From Lama glama (taxonomy: Eukaryota): 64,000 bases of DNA. Under the pieces are notes generated by a model, which saw only the letters and a list, made by a program, of their open reading frames with translations, ran no database searches and had not been told where the DNA came from. A program made the translations under genes and the position numbers. Shown here one piece after another: positions 36,700 to 49,939 of this stretch. Where the stretch lies: positions 47,432,001 through 47,496,000 of the forward strand of contig CM052816.1 of assembly GCA_028534125.1 (NCBI GenBank), in the 5' to 3' direction. Every line of letters begins with the position of its first letter. Within the stretch, counting starts at the first letter, position 1.

Positions 36700-37129
36700 A
36701 CAGCTTCTCTGACAATGGAGCCCCCTCTTTTCCATCAGTCTACACAGACTCTTCCGGGTGAACTTCACCAGCTGGGCACCAGCCTCCATTGTCCTTTCTC
36801 CTCAATTGTTACTACCCTCTCCTCCACAGCTGCCAATGGTAGTCGGCCCAAGGAACGTAAGGAAATGGAAAGCAGCGTGTCTCCTGACTCACTGGTCGTG
36901 CTATGTTTAAGTCTAAGAAAGGTGCGCAAGGAGATGACAATATCCAAGGGTCTTTATACATCCTGAACTTGCTAAAGGGAGAGTAACCGCAACTTTTTCT
37001 TTCTAAATAACGTTAACAAAAAATGAGAACCTGAACACTGAAGAACTGTCGTGAGCACAATATTTTTCCTTCAAACTTAAGAAATCAATGTCGTTTAAGG
37101 AAAATAAAAATCTGTGTGGCTGAGATTGA

Positions 37130-37300
37130 GTTTTCGAGCCTTCTCTATCACAAGTCATCTGACCTCCCTTGAGCCTCTGTCTCCTTGTCCTTGTAGATAA
37201 TAACCATCTTCAGGGATCATTATAATAAACAAACATTATAATGAAAATAGATAATATATGTGGATAGCCTGTGACCTGGTACAGAAAACTAGGTCATTAT
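37130..37300 (+). mobile_element. MIR fragment
   Basis: caagtcatctgacctcccttgagcctctgtctcc...ataataaccatcttcaggg. Confidence 0.6.
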
Positions 37301-38299
37301 AACAGTCTGCTTCTTCATTTGGAAAACATATATCTTCAGACCTGGGCACGGAGGTTATATTTGCTAGTACCTGGTGCTAAGATCACTGTAAACAGCTACA
37401 GTCAAGGCAGGATGCTTACCTTTCGATAAAGACATTATTGCACATTGGATTCTTGCGGAGTTAACGAATATTACATTCACTACAAGATGAAGCTGGAAAA
37501 GTTTCTTTCCAGCCCAGATGTTCAAGATGTGCAATGTATGTAGATTATCCTTTTCTTCTGCAAATGTATAGTTTTTTGTTTTTGTTTTTAAATCAAAATG
37601 AAAATGACTAGTGCATGAAAGCAACATGTAATTGGAGTTACTGTAAAGGTCGCAATTAATGATAGAATAATTTCGAATATGTGGTTTTGTCAGCAAAACA
37701 AAGAGTGTTTTATGATCCATTAGTGTTTGTTTTATTTGGGGGAGGGGAGTGGAAAGTAGGGAGATCTTGATTTCCTTTAGGATATACCTGACTTGGACTT
37801 TTAACCAAAACTCTGGTTGGTAGACTATTGGTTTTTTAAAGCTCTTCTAATTAATTTTCATTTAATTACCTCAAAATAAATAGTGGCCTGCTACATTTAG
37901 CCTGTGGGCTGAATTCAGGCTGGAGAATGTGCTATTTGGGTAGCATAGATTTTACAGGTTGCGGAGTGGATGTACTTGTGGGATCTGTGTAAGCTCCTCA
38001 CTGTCCTGAGCCTCCGTCTCTACACCTCGTCTCATGCTGACCTTGCACTCAGCCGCGTCACTCATTCCTGTAAATTGCCTGGTCATGGTGGGCATTGGAG
38101 TTTGGGGCTTCTGATTCATGGAAAGGAGAAAATAAGAAATCGCCCAGGTATTTATTTCTGCAAAACACTATCATTGTAGAGTGGAAAGAGAATTCTATTT
38201 TCATTACGAATACATGCTAAGAGTGCTTTAAAACAGTCTGTCTCCAAAATAATCTAAAAAAGGGACTAGTTTTTCCAACAGTTCCTTGAAGGGCTCTGT

Positions 38300-38760
38300 T
38301 AAGTTAGCAGCCTAAAAGAGAGTAGAGAGCTACTGGATATTCAATTAGAGAGAGAGAATTTCTGTCAGCCTTGCTGCAGGGGGAAAAAAGGCAAATCTGG
38401 CAGACGGGGGGCCTTCCACTCAATGCCCAAGTGATTGCCCACAAAGCTCCCGCGACCGGCGCCGGCTCCGCACATCTCCCTATTTGCACATGTATGGAAA
38501 CACTTTTTGTTGAAGCTACTTGACAACATTTAATGTTTATTGTTTACTTGTCATTCCCAGAAGCCACACACAGACTGTTTCGGTTACACCTAATGACAGT
38601 TTTTATTCGTTTTTCAGTTTAACGTTTCTTTTTATTTAGCTTTTGTTATGGTTTAACAACTCCTTTCATTTGTTGGAATTGTAGACAAGTCTGAAATGTG
38701 AGCGCACCCGTAAGACGAACACACACCATTACCTTTCCCTCTCCTGGGGTGTAGCCCTTT
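38300..38760. promoter_or_regulatory. Candidate enhancer / conserved non-coding element
   Basis: Repeat-free, local CpG cluster, tandem FOX motifs, octamer-like, TEAD and homeodomain/MEIS motifs. Confidence 0.45.
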
Positions 38761-40809
38761 GTGAAGCCTGCCAAGGGAGCGGAGATGCTGATGCAAGGGT
38801 AAGGGGGAGTGGGGAAGGATGGCTGCGGAAAGCCCTGAGATTCCGTGGGTATTTCTTTGAGAAGGCTTCTCCTGGCGAGATGGGAGCCGTGGGAGAGAGG
38901 TACTACATGGTCTACAAAGTGCAGGACATTAATAAGACTTCAGCAAGGATATTTCTAAGAATATAAAGTCCCTGAGGAGAACCAGCATTTAGTTTCCTTT
39001 CCTCCCTAGTCCTTTGGCCAAGAAATTATACTGATTTGTGATTAGAAAGGAATCACCATTGAAAATCTAAATACACATTTGTACCCCATCCTAAATTCAA
39101 ATTAGCTAAAACTGGGAGGTAAAGAAATGGCTACTTTACACGGATTGGTTATTCATTCATATGACAAATAATTAAGAACGTTGACCACCCTTGGCTAACT
39201 CCTGCCTCTGTCCCGCAATAGGACCAGCAAAAAAGGGAGCTGGTAGCTTTCATGTGCCTGCCCCAACGGATGTGATAGGGCCTGGATCCCCTGCAAAAAT
39301 CCATTAAGCTACATGATGAAAATAGATGTGAGCCAAGATGCCATACTTTGGGTGTCCAAAATAAGGTCATGTTACCCAAAGGAAAAATTAAAAATACACT
39401 TCAGGGATAACCTGCTACCCAAGTAGAGTCAAAGAAATATTGATCTTGGCAGTTGAAATTTATAGCTGTTGGACTGGAGAAATTTGAGGTGGAATGGTAA
39501 CAGTACTTTGCTGAGCATTTGCTCATCAGCATCAGCATACTTTTGGGGGAATAAATAGGGCTTCTGTATCTGCTTGTACGAGTAGTGGCTCAAAGAAAGG
39601 GGTGTCTTTAGGAAGGATAAAGCTACAGAAGAAATGGAAGCTCAGCTCCAGCAGGAGCTTTGTGAAGTCAGGGAGCACATAGGTGGGGTCCCCAGGATCA
39701 CACAGCCATCTTATGATTGGTACCAGGGGATTTCATCCAAAGCAGGTTGAAACTACAGGCTGGTTAAAAATGAATGTTCCCAGCTATGAGTTTTTTCAAG
39801 TACTGCTAATTTGGGTGAATCATGGGAGCAGATTTGCCACATTTCATGAGTCTTTGAGCCATTTGGTCTGTTTTTAGTTTTAGTTACCTGTTTTTTCAAA
39901 CATGTTTTCTTCTTTCAATTAAATTTCAGGCCATTTAGACTTGTTCTGATGTTTGGCTGTTTTCATGATTTTTTTTTTAATTACAAATTTGTGGCAAAGG
40001 AATGTTTCCAAAGATGAGTTTATATATATATTGCAAATTTTGCACCATGTGGATGATTTTACAGCATGAAAAAGTTGTTTTGAATAAGGTCAATGAGGCT
40101 CCAGCCACAGGATGAGAGAATCCCAACAGAGAAATCTCAGAGGTGTGGATGGCCAGCGAAACAGAAGCTGATGAGGACTAGTGCCCCCATGGATAGAAAC
40201 TGGCCTTTTGTGGTCGGGAAAGCTGTGGCCAGAGAGGGTCAGTGGGGGCTTCCGAAATGGGTGTGTCCAAAAAGAGAGTCAGCTTTTTACAGATGTCGGG
40301 CTCAGACAGCAGAAAGCCAGAATACTGCTTGCTTAACCACCCACCAGCTGAGTGTGAGCTAGTCCAGTCATTCCCTTGGTCTTTCTCCTCCCATTACCTG
40401 TGACCCGGGAGGTGAGGAGGAGGTGAGTGGAGGAGGCAGGTGGCTTGCCGACTGGAGACTGGCGGGAAGGAGGACCAGGCTTCCTTCTGAATGAAGACTT
40501 AAGGATGGCTTGCAATCTTGAACTTTTGAGACTTGACATTTCCAAAGTGAGACTATGTTTTATGACTCAGAAGGACTGTAGGATTTTCTATTACCTGAGT
40601 ATAGGCAGAGGAGTCGGGGGCTTCTGGAGTTTTCACATAGTGCCATGGGGGAAATTATCACCCACTAAGTAACATGTGCAGGGACTAGAGGAAACAACAT
40701 AAAATCACATTTAATCATTTCCTATGTGTTTAACATGTTTGTTACATCATCATCATCACCATCAACATTCTTAAAACTGGCTTACACACGGGTAGTTAGT
40801 AGGGTTATG

Positions 40810-41120
40810 TACCTTGACATTCCAGAGGTTGAGCTGGCATCAGGTAATGGTACATTTGACCACTCAACCCTTCTATTGTTTCTCATGTGGTCCTAAGATG
40901 GTTGCCAAGAGTACCCAAAGCATATTTTCTGTCTCATGTCTAGCTGGAAAAGGAGATTCTTTATATTGACATATTCCTCAAAAGTCTCGAGATACAACTT
41001 GGTTCAAACCACCATGAAACTATCTCTGTTACCCAGAGGCCAGAGGGTAGATTATGTTGATTGCTTAGTTTAGATCACATGCAGGAGGGCAGGATCATCT
41101 TCCCTGGAACCACACAGGTC
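40810..41120 (-). mobile_element. Old MaLR LTR fragment (MLT1J/K-like)
   Basis: ccagaggttgagctggcatcagg...cctaagatggttgcc...aggatcatcttccctggaaccacacagg. Confidence 0.5.
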
Positions 41121-41139
41121 CTATGTGGAAATTACTGCA

Positions 41140-41310
41140 TTGGCAACCCTTCTTAGCAACTTTGTGAGTTAGGTAATATTATTACCCCATTTTTCAGACG
41201 AGGAAACTTTCCCAAGAAAAATAGTTTGTAAGTAATGGTATGAGAATCAAATCCAGGTCATTCTAACTTTGTTCCTCAAAGTCATTTTATTTTACTACAC
41301 TGCTGTGTAA
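41140..41310 (-). mobile_element. MIR SINE
   Basis: attattaccccatttttcagacgaggaaact...gtaagtaatggtatgagaatcaaatccaggtc. Confidence 0.8.
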
Positions 41311-43574
41311 CACAAATCATACACGTATAAGGTCATTGGATCTATACCAGGAAATAATTTTAGGCTTTGTCTTCCATAAATTTCAGGCTGTAAAGAAACT
41401 TGGTTGGGAAGTTTAAGAGTTTAAAATGATAAATAAATAGCTTTCTCTTCCAGGAACTGAAAAAAAAATCTTATCATTCATCGATAAGAAGAGTTTCATT
41501 TAATTTTTGGAAACTTTAAAAACGTTCTTTTATTCTTACTTATGGAAAGCACAGAAGAAATATATGTACCTTGGGACAAAGCTCCTGTTGATTTTAGAAT
41601 TATCTAATCATCCCAAATGCCACATGTAACATTTGTGCTTTTTTTTTTTTTTTAAATTTAGTTTGAACTGCAAATGGCAAGGCCTAAAGCTTAGGAAGTC
41701 AGAGAAAAGAGAGGCTCCTAACAGCCAAACTGACTGGAGAATTCAGGAGCTGTTAGCATTATGAATGGAAGCTATTACCTGAAAAAATATTGCTGCAGGA
41801 GGTTTCGACTAGGACATTAAAACAAATCATTGTCCTGGGCATTGGAGTTAAATAAGGGGGCATGATAATGAAGTTTCATTGTCTTGAATCTGTGGGAAAT
41901 AGCTATTCCAGGACTATGAGCTCATAAGCATTAATGCTGTAGGACTGCACCTTGATGAGGCTCCTTTGGGGAAAAGGTAACTGAGCAAATTATGCTGGTG
42001 ATACCTTGGCATATCTTATAACCCACTTCTTATTTTAGAAATGCTTAATATTATTAATTTACCTGAATGCCAGGGGAGACAGATGCTCAGAGATTTTCTA
42101 ATTGCCCAAAGAGTTATCTTCTAAAACTGGAAACCCCAGGTGGTCCCACCTCAATTCTGAATGGCAGGAGAGGAGTCTTGCTGCTGTTCGCCTCTGCCCT
42201 CCAGCAGAGCTGAGAAAGGCTGAAAAGCTCAGTCACTTCTCTCCAGCCAGCTCTCGCCTGGCTTCTCAGGAATCGTGTTGGACAAGATTCAAATTGAGTG
42301 GCTGAACAGTGACAGCAGGGGCTTTCAAGAAATCAGGATGGATTCTCCAATGTTTAACAACGTCCTTCTCACAGTCAAGTTTCTGAATTGACATTGAAGC
42401 AGGGGTGGGGGAGCCTACAAAATAAATAGAATCCCAAGGCTTATTTTAATCAAATTTCTCACTTCTTTAAATCCCCCTCTCTGCCCAATAAAAAAGAAAA
42501 GGAAATGAGAGACATGAGTCTCTTTAGTATTGTAACATCTATACGTCCACTTGATCGATGTTACTACAAATACCTGCTGTTAATGTAAATCTGCGAAACT
42601 GATGAGGTAATAGATTTAAAATTCTGTGAAAAACAAGAAATTTTGTTCTGCCTGTGTGGCCAAGTTGCAATTATCTCAAAATGTCAAAGTCTCAGGGAGC
42701 TCAAAGTCTTCAGGGCCCTTAAAACTAATATCCTTTTAGGGGCAGAGACATATTTACTGAAATACGTAACACAGAAAATAAAGTTCTTTGCCTTGCTTTA
42801 CACCCAGGAGTGTGATAAATTTTGTGGGCAGTAGAGTAAGCCAGTCCGCTGGTTTCTCAGAGGATTTGGTTCAGTACCAGAATGCCACTGGAATTTTAGT
42901 GCTCGATCTTTTGGCCTTTGGAACGAGCATTTGTTTTGGAGAGCACATGATGTAAACGCCTCTGAAATGATATTAATACCTTTTAACCATTTCCTATAAT
43001 TATTTCAATAACTTACAGGAAAGTTCCTGTTTTAAAAGGTCCCCTTTCTGGTGAGGGACAATTTATAGCCGATGTGTAACTCAACAGGAAGTCAAGAGAG
43101 CAACCACCAAGAGGAATGAGACAGACAAAGTTTCTCCAAACTAACACATAAAAGGATTTCTTGGGAACAAAGTCAGCAGTAAAAGAACGCAGGATTAGTC
43201 ATACCGGATTGGATGCCCCAGCCTCCCCCATTCTTTCTCCTGAGGGGAAATGCCTCATGTTCTATAGGAAAATTGGAAGGCCTCAGGATATAGTTCACCA
43301 GTTGTTTCCTTTGAGGGAAAAGGTTACTTGAAAAATTTCTGGGTGGGAATATGGTAATAGAGGCAAATGGGAAAAAAATGCACTGAGTCATCAAACTCAG
43401 TTAATTTTTGGTTTTTATGGCTATGAATTTTAGGGCAAGGACTGATTGAGTCCACAGTTGCTTTTCAATACAGGAATTATCGCTTGTTTTGGTCCAAGAA
43501 TCTCAGAAAATATTTCAATAGGAAATGCCTCTTCATTTTCATCATCTACTGTAAACTATCAAGAGGTAGGGGGG

Positions 43575-43785
43575 ATACACAGTACCGTGTATAGAGCAGA
43601 TAAACAACGAGATCTTACTGTAGAGCACAGCGAACTAAATGCAATACCTTGGAACAGCCTATAACGAAAAAGAATCTAAAACAGAATATATATACGTATG
43701 TATAACTGAATCATTATGCTGTAGACCAGAAACTAACACAGCATTGTAAGTCAACTATACCTCAGTTTAAAAAGAGGGAAAAAAT
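43575..43785 (+). mobile_element. Cetartiodactyl-type L1 3' end
   Basis: cagataaacaacgagatcttactgtagagcacag...tataactgaatcattatgctgtagaccagaaactaacacagcattgtaagtcaactatac plus A-rich tail. Confidence 0.88.
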
Positions 43786-43789
43786 GCAG

Positions 43790-44015
43790 TGGAAAGTTGC
43801 TACTCAGTGGGCATCAAGTTTGTTCTGCAAGATCAATGAGTTGTAGGGACTTGCTGTACAACATTGTGCCTGTAGTTAGCGATGCTACTTAGGACACTTA
43901 ACGTTTTAGAGGGTGGATTTCATGTTAAATGGTCTTACCACAGGCAGAAAGAAAGAAAGGAAAGACAGAAAGAAAGAGAGAGGAGGGAGGGAAGGAACAG
44001 CAACAACAACAAAAA
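43790..44015 (+). mobile_element. L1MA9-like 3' end with a (GAAA)/(CAA)-derived tail
   Basis: gctgtacaacattgtgcctgtagtt...gagggtggatttcatgttaaatggtcttaccaca. Confidence 0.75.
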
Positions 44016-45817
44016 GTACCGTTCTAAAGTGCAGCTCTCGATTCTCCAGACAGAAGTCAGTATAGGGTTAGGCTGGGGCCCCTTTGATCCCATCTTCCCT
44101 CCAGTTTAGAGGGCTCACCGTGTCCACTGGGATTCCATCTGGGCCCTGGAAAGGGCCTCACAGAAGCCACTAGCGGAGAGATGGGCCCTACCCCTACTTT
44201 CATACGTTCTTCAAAATGGAAGTTTAGTTTCCAAAAGGACACTACTTAACGTGATGTGGAAATGAAAACAGTTTCCTTGTAGATGTTTTTCTGTTTGCAA
44301 AATTCTGGACACATTCATCAAAGAGGAACCTGCCTCTTTGTGATTTTGTCCCCCACTTCCCTGCTCTGTTGAGATCTGTAACTAGTCTGCCTACTGGGAA
44401 AGCTAGCCTAGGACATGTACAGACAGCAGCGGCTTCTACTGCATTTTCCTTTGATCTTCTAAATCCGAAAGCCAGTTTTAAAAAAAATCAGAGCTGACAT
44501 ATGCTTTGCAAAAACTTCTTTGTCTCTATTTTTGTGATTTCTCAGTTTAGTTTCTAAAGCAAACACATTTCTCAATAGCATTTAAATTTTCCTGGTGATT
44601 GCTGTTTTTATTTTCTCCTGTATAAATTCATGCAAGACAATAATGCAATGCACTTATAATAAAATGGGATCCACAAAAAATGTTTGCCGCAAATCACTGC
44701 CTTCTCAATGCCATTTAGTGAAGAGGGTTTTATAAACCTCTCTGGTTTTCTGTGGTTCAAACAACAAATTTGGGATTCACTGTTGTCCCGAAACATTGAT
44801 CATCCAGACACTATTTACTCTGAAGTCATCCTCTCTGTCCTATGATTAAATGCTCCTCCATCTCCCCTCTCCTCTGCCCAAATGTACTAGGAGGAGCTAA
44901 GTATGTCCTCCACTGCCTGACCTCAGTCCCCTGCTGTGATTTTGCTGTGTCAGCTGTCCCTGCAGGTCGATTACTCTCATCTTCAAAATGGCTTGGGATA
45001 TTAGGGATTTGCTCTTAGTAATGTCTCTAGTCATTTTGATTCATTTAGGTCATTAATCTGTATTTTTTTCAACACCAGGTATGAGAATTTTTTTGGAATA
45101 GTTTTGTTTCATTTTCACCATAGAAGTTTTTGTACTCTCTACTTCCCCTGGTCACATCTTTGGGGAGATAGGAAAGTGGAAGGAAAAATTGGAAGAACAA
45201 TCAGTTCTCACCAAAGACAAGGAATTCAGATGTTAATTCACAGCACAGAGTTTTAAAGATGACAGAGGTGCCTTGAATACCTAGGCAGGGTCACCAGGAA
45301 TGTGTGCACTTTAATAACGGAAGGCCCTAAGGAAAGAGTCTGAGGTGTGGTATAAGAGGAAGACAGAAATGCACTTGAAGTCAAAATTTCAAATTCGAGA
45401 ATCTGGAAACCAAGAGAAGTTGCAGGAATGTTCCAGAATCCTATGAGACTCAAGTTTTCACAGATGAAAGAGACTTCCAAGAACTTCTATAGAATTTTGT
45501 TTCATGAATTGACTTTTTTCATAAGAATATAATTAATTTTACACCAAGGATAATCCAAAGATTTCTTTGGAGCAGCTTGAGAGACTCAGATATGTCAGGG
45601 AAATAATTTATAAACTCCACTCCCACGTGTAACCACCATCACCAATTCCTCCCTGGTGTCCTGGACAGGGGACACATGAAAATCAAGAATGCTGGCCTGG
45701 CTTCCGGGAACATGAGCACTGAGGGACTCGAATCACAGGGGCAACTGGCTGTCCCAGTGTCTGCACTGCTGCCGCTAGACATTCATTGCGCTGAGACGTG
45801 AAGCCTTTTCTTCAAAC

Positions 45818-45965
45818 CATAGAATCTTAAAGATGAAAGGAATCTTACAAATGAGACCAATTCTACCATTTTATAGATGATAAACTGAAGTATTCAGACC
45901 ACTCATTGTGTTCAAAGTCACGGTTAGTGTGTTACCTACTTAGCTGTGACTAGAAATTAAGACTT
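45818..45965 (-). mobile_element. MIR3-like fragment
   Basis: catagaatcttaaagatgaaaggaatctta...ccattttatagatgataaactgaag. Confidence 0.7.
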
Positions 45966-46035
45966 TTGTTTAAACTCTTATCAATTAATCATGACTGAAA
46001 TATAACCCAAAGGAAATTTGCTGAAAGAACCCTTG

Positions 46036-46550
46036 GTGTCTTAGCCTGGATCCCTCAGAAGCAGAGCCTGGCACAAAGGATTCCTTAGAGTTTATCTGGG
46101 AATATAATGCCAGGGAATAGGGGCATGGGGCTGAGGGAGAGAAACAAGGGAGGAGGAAAAGCCGATTCAGGAGTAATAACTAAGTCAGCCTCCCTAATTG
46201 CACCAGGGGATTGGGTGACTAGTGCTCAGACTCTCTGAGACCCTTATGAAGCACACATGCGGACAAAAGGCGAGTGCCTTTATCCATTGACATCCATTGG
46301 GCAATGGCGAGACCACGGGCACTAAGTCCCTTGGACTTCCATATTGTACATATAGGAGTAGGGCGCAGATCCCCACACTGTGGCATCACAGAAGTTCCCA
46401 GGTAGGAAATGAGAAGGAGAGTTTGGGCCTTCTATCAGATGGTGTCGAACTGTAGCTTCAAGAAGTTGATGGAAACCTGCATTGAGCCAGTAGCCACAGC
46501 ATGGCTGGCACAAGAAGTTAGGTCAGGAGGATTCTGAAGGGCAGCGTAAG
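46036..46550 (-). mobile_element. LTR16-family (ERVL) solo LTR
   Basis: tgtcttagcctggatccctcagaagcagagcctggcacaaaggatt...gtttatctggga resembles the antisense LTR16 end. Confidence 0.75.
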
Positions 46551-46679
46551 AGGTGTCTTCTGGATGCCAAAGAGGAGCTAAAACAGCTGTGGGAAGGGCA
46601 GGAAAACTGCTTGGCCTCCCTTCTTTCCCACCCCTCAAAATAAGTCTTGTGGAATCAGCATCTCTACTATTTCCCAAAC

Positions 46680-46990
46680 TCTTTATGTCTCATCTCTCTG
46701 TATCAGCGTCATTTTTCTTTCTCCTGGGGGCTAGCACTCTCTGTGTGATGTAAATGTGGCCACCAGTGCTTCATGAGTTTAATATCTTACATTTTTAACC
46801 CAGGAGAGAAACTACTCTACCGCTCTCTGTCCCAGGTTTGAAAATCTCAAGGATGATACTGTCCTAGCCAAGGACAAATGACAGCTCCTGGATCAGAAGG
46901 CAGGATCACAGAGGACACAGTGGGTGGAGTAGGGCGAAAGACAGTCGTCATAAAAAAGAAGTATGGTATGTGATGGGTGGATGAGACAGG
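46680..46990 (-). mobile_element. Old MaLR LTR fragment (MLT1-like)
   Basis: aaatgtggccaccagtgcttc...tttaacccaggagagaa...gacagctcctggatcag. Confidence 0.45.
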
Positions 46991-47537
46991 AAGTACCCAC
47001 TAAACCAGCCCAGCATTTTTCCTTCTAGGTGTTTTCTATTCAAATGAAATTATACTTGAAGAAATAAGACCAAATTAATATATTCACAGGTATTCTTCAA
47101 GCTTGGATAACCTCTGAGACAGTGGAAATGGGACCCAGGATAGACCTCTAGTGAGGGAAAGGATGTCCCAATGGGACATAGGGCCATTTCCTGTTTTACA
47201 GTTAACCCTAGGGTTATCCCCTGAATCAGCCCTCCTAAAGGCTATGAAGATGTAGGCAATGCAATGCAATGCAATATTAAGTTTGAATAATTTTTTAAAC
47301 CCTTGGTTAATACTTTTGGAAAAAGGAGAATCACAATCAGTTTTTTTTTTCTATCTTCCAGTGCATTTTTCCTTATTGAGGTTGTTTTCTTCTTAGAATG
47401 GAACTCACTTGGAGATAAAAAGAGGGAATTAAATCTTCAAATAGGACAAAAATGTTGATTTACATTCTCTCATCAGAAAATGAAAAGTCAAATGGATATT
47501 TCAGCACTTGGTTTATTTAGAATACTTACCATCCCCA

Positions 47538-47790
47538 AGGAATAGCTAGCATCCTTTGACGTTTACCAGGTGCCAGGCCATGTGCGCCATGTTCTGTATG
47601 CTTTCATTCACCCGATACTCAGAGCTACCCAGTGAGATAGATGCTCTTCCCCTCCAGTTTTTCCAGTGTAAGAAATGAAAGTGAAGAGAAATGATGCACA
47701 CTAGTTGGAACAGCTAGTAAGTGATGGACCTGGGACTTAAGTCCAGGCAGTATGATTCCACAGCCTCCTTCCTTAACCCTTTTGCTCCAT
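47538..47790 (-). mobile_element. MIR SINE, near full length
   Basis: tttaccaggtgccaggccatgtgc...acagctagtaagtgatggacctgggacttaagtccaggcagtatgattcca. Confidence 0.85.
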
Positions 47791-49469
47791 TGCCTATCTG
47801 ATGAATTAGGAAATTAACTTTAAAGAGACTGTTCCAAACAACTACAATAAAAGGGGAAAGTGCCCTTCAGATGAGTTTGTAATTGCAGGCTTATTTTTGT
47901 TTTGCCTGAGGAATCCTGACTTCTGCCTCTAAAACGATGTTTATCTAAAACTGACATCTATTAAGAATGTCATGTTGGTACATGCCCTTTCCAGGCTGGG
48001 ATGTATATCATGGTAATACCATTCTCGGTATTACTCACAGAGATGAATGCCATAAAGTTAACTTTTGATAGAGTAAACAAAAAATAAATAAATATACAAG
48101 AGTAAACCTGGTAATTATGAATTAGCAAAGTACATGGGAAAAGGAGCTTTAAAATATCTTCCACCTGAACAGAGGTAGAAATAAGGACTTGGTCTATGCT
48201 AAGATTCTTATAAAATACTCCCCATGTCATATTAGATGTTAGATACCAGTCTTCTAATCCCATGTTCTTGTGATCGTTAAATTCAAGTACTACCTATTAA
48301 ATTGAGAACTCTAATTCTAGAGATGTCCTGAGAGGAGCCACATAAGCTTAAACACTGGTCCATCAGAAAAAAACAAAACAAAACAAAACTATTGTGAGTC
48401 TCCTTAACCTTTATTAATCACTAAATAATTTATACATGTATGTGTAGGTGTGGGTGTGATTGGTGGAGAAAGGTGCTCCCTTTTCCTTTCAAGTTTCCCT
48501 TCTTAGCCCCTGCTTCCTGCAAACACTGGGCTCCATGAGATTTATCATCGTGAGTCTGCTCTCACTGAGCACCCTCTGTCCATGCTGTGGTTGTGCTGGA
48601 AGTTGGGGCTGCATCAGATGATATGCCATGATGCCTGGCTTACAAGCTCCATGTGGAGACAGAACGTGCACTCAAAAAGATAAACTCAAATGATCTCATA
48701 TGCTGAGATCCAAATGAACGCTGCTAACAATAAGAGCTGAGGAAAGACGGGGAAGGACCCACTGCTGAGTGTGGGGGTGTGGTAGCAGGAGAGATAGGAA
48801 GGGTGGGGCCTGGATCAGAATTGTTAGGGTCTTTCTGACACATGAATATTTTTGCCCAGGAAAATGTTGCCTAAATATTAAACACTTTTTTGAGTCCAAT
48901 GTTGTGGGGGAGATTTTGAGGATGGAACTGTTCAATTATTTGTGCCAGATTTGGCATTTAGCACAGTTGAGATGAAAGTATTTAATTTTAAAAGAAGGTT
49001 TTATTTTTGGTAATGAAGTGGGAGCAGCTTATTACAGGTTGTTCTTTGCAACATAGCACAAGAAGAACAAAGAGAGGAAGCTGCAAGTGTCTAATGAAGC
49101 AAAAATATCCTTTATCGGTGAATGTTATAAGAGCAAACTGTAGTCCACTTTTCGTAGTCGAGCTGAGACATTGAGAATTAATGGAAAAACTGGAATTGAG
49201 TGGTGCAACAGTGCCCAATAGCGATAGTAATTGTATTGGATACATCATGTGTCATCTACTGTGATCATATCACCTTGAATATCACTTTTCTTTCAGCTTC
49301 AGCTTGGGTAGGAGTTGGGGAAGGAGGTAAGAGCCAGTATTTGATTGACAAACAGCTGCTCAGATGCCATAAAGAAACTTGCTCTTTCATAATTGTGAAA
49401 AAGAATATTAAAATCAAATTCTACACGTGCCTGGTTAATTCTACTATCATTTCCACTCAGAAAACTACA

Positions 49470-49840
49470 CATATTAATTAGGGTAGATACTATATTCCTG
49501 TGAAAAAGGAGATCCAATAGTCTTAAATAAATAGAAGTTTATTTATCTCTATTGTAACAGGCCAGTTCGTAATGGTGGGTAACTGTGCTCCACACACCTT
49601 TAGGAACTTGAATTCCTTTCATCTTGTAGCTCTAATGCTGATTACAAAGTTGAAGTCTGGGTTGCTGGTTCATAATAGTCCTACTCATGGAAATAAAAAC
49701 CGAAGTCCAGTAAAAGTAGCTTGTTTTCAAGTTGGAGATAATTCAGAATTTATGTATATATCATTTTTACTCACATCCCATTGGCTCCAACCTAATAACA
49801 GTTATGCCCTTGGCCAAAGGGAATGTACTTTCTAGCTGGG
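49470..49840 (-). mobile_element. MLT1J-like MaLR LTR
   Basis: ttaaataaatagaagtttatttatctct...cctttcatcttgtagctct...tcacatcccattggc. Confidence 0.7.
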
Positions 49841-49939
49841 AACATGCGTAAGTGACCAGAATAGTGCCTGGCATATAATAAATGATCTGTTAAGTGTTGG
49901 CTATTGTTATCATTACCAGTATTATTGTATCAGTTCCCA

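Noticed and set aside
37364..37720. 118-aa minus-strand ORF with an internal AAG|gtaagc donor near 37419
   Set aside because: Weak acceptors, AT-rich codons and no recognisable homology; a lncRNA exon cannot be excluded
44400..44420. p53/p63-like element aagctagcct-a-ggacatgtac
   Set aside because: One mismatch, a spacer and a weak CTAG core; expected by chance in 64 kb
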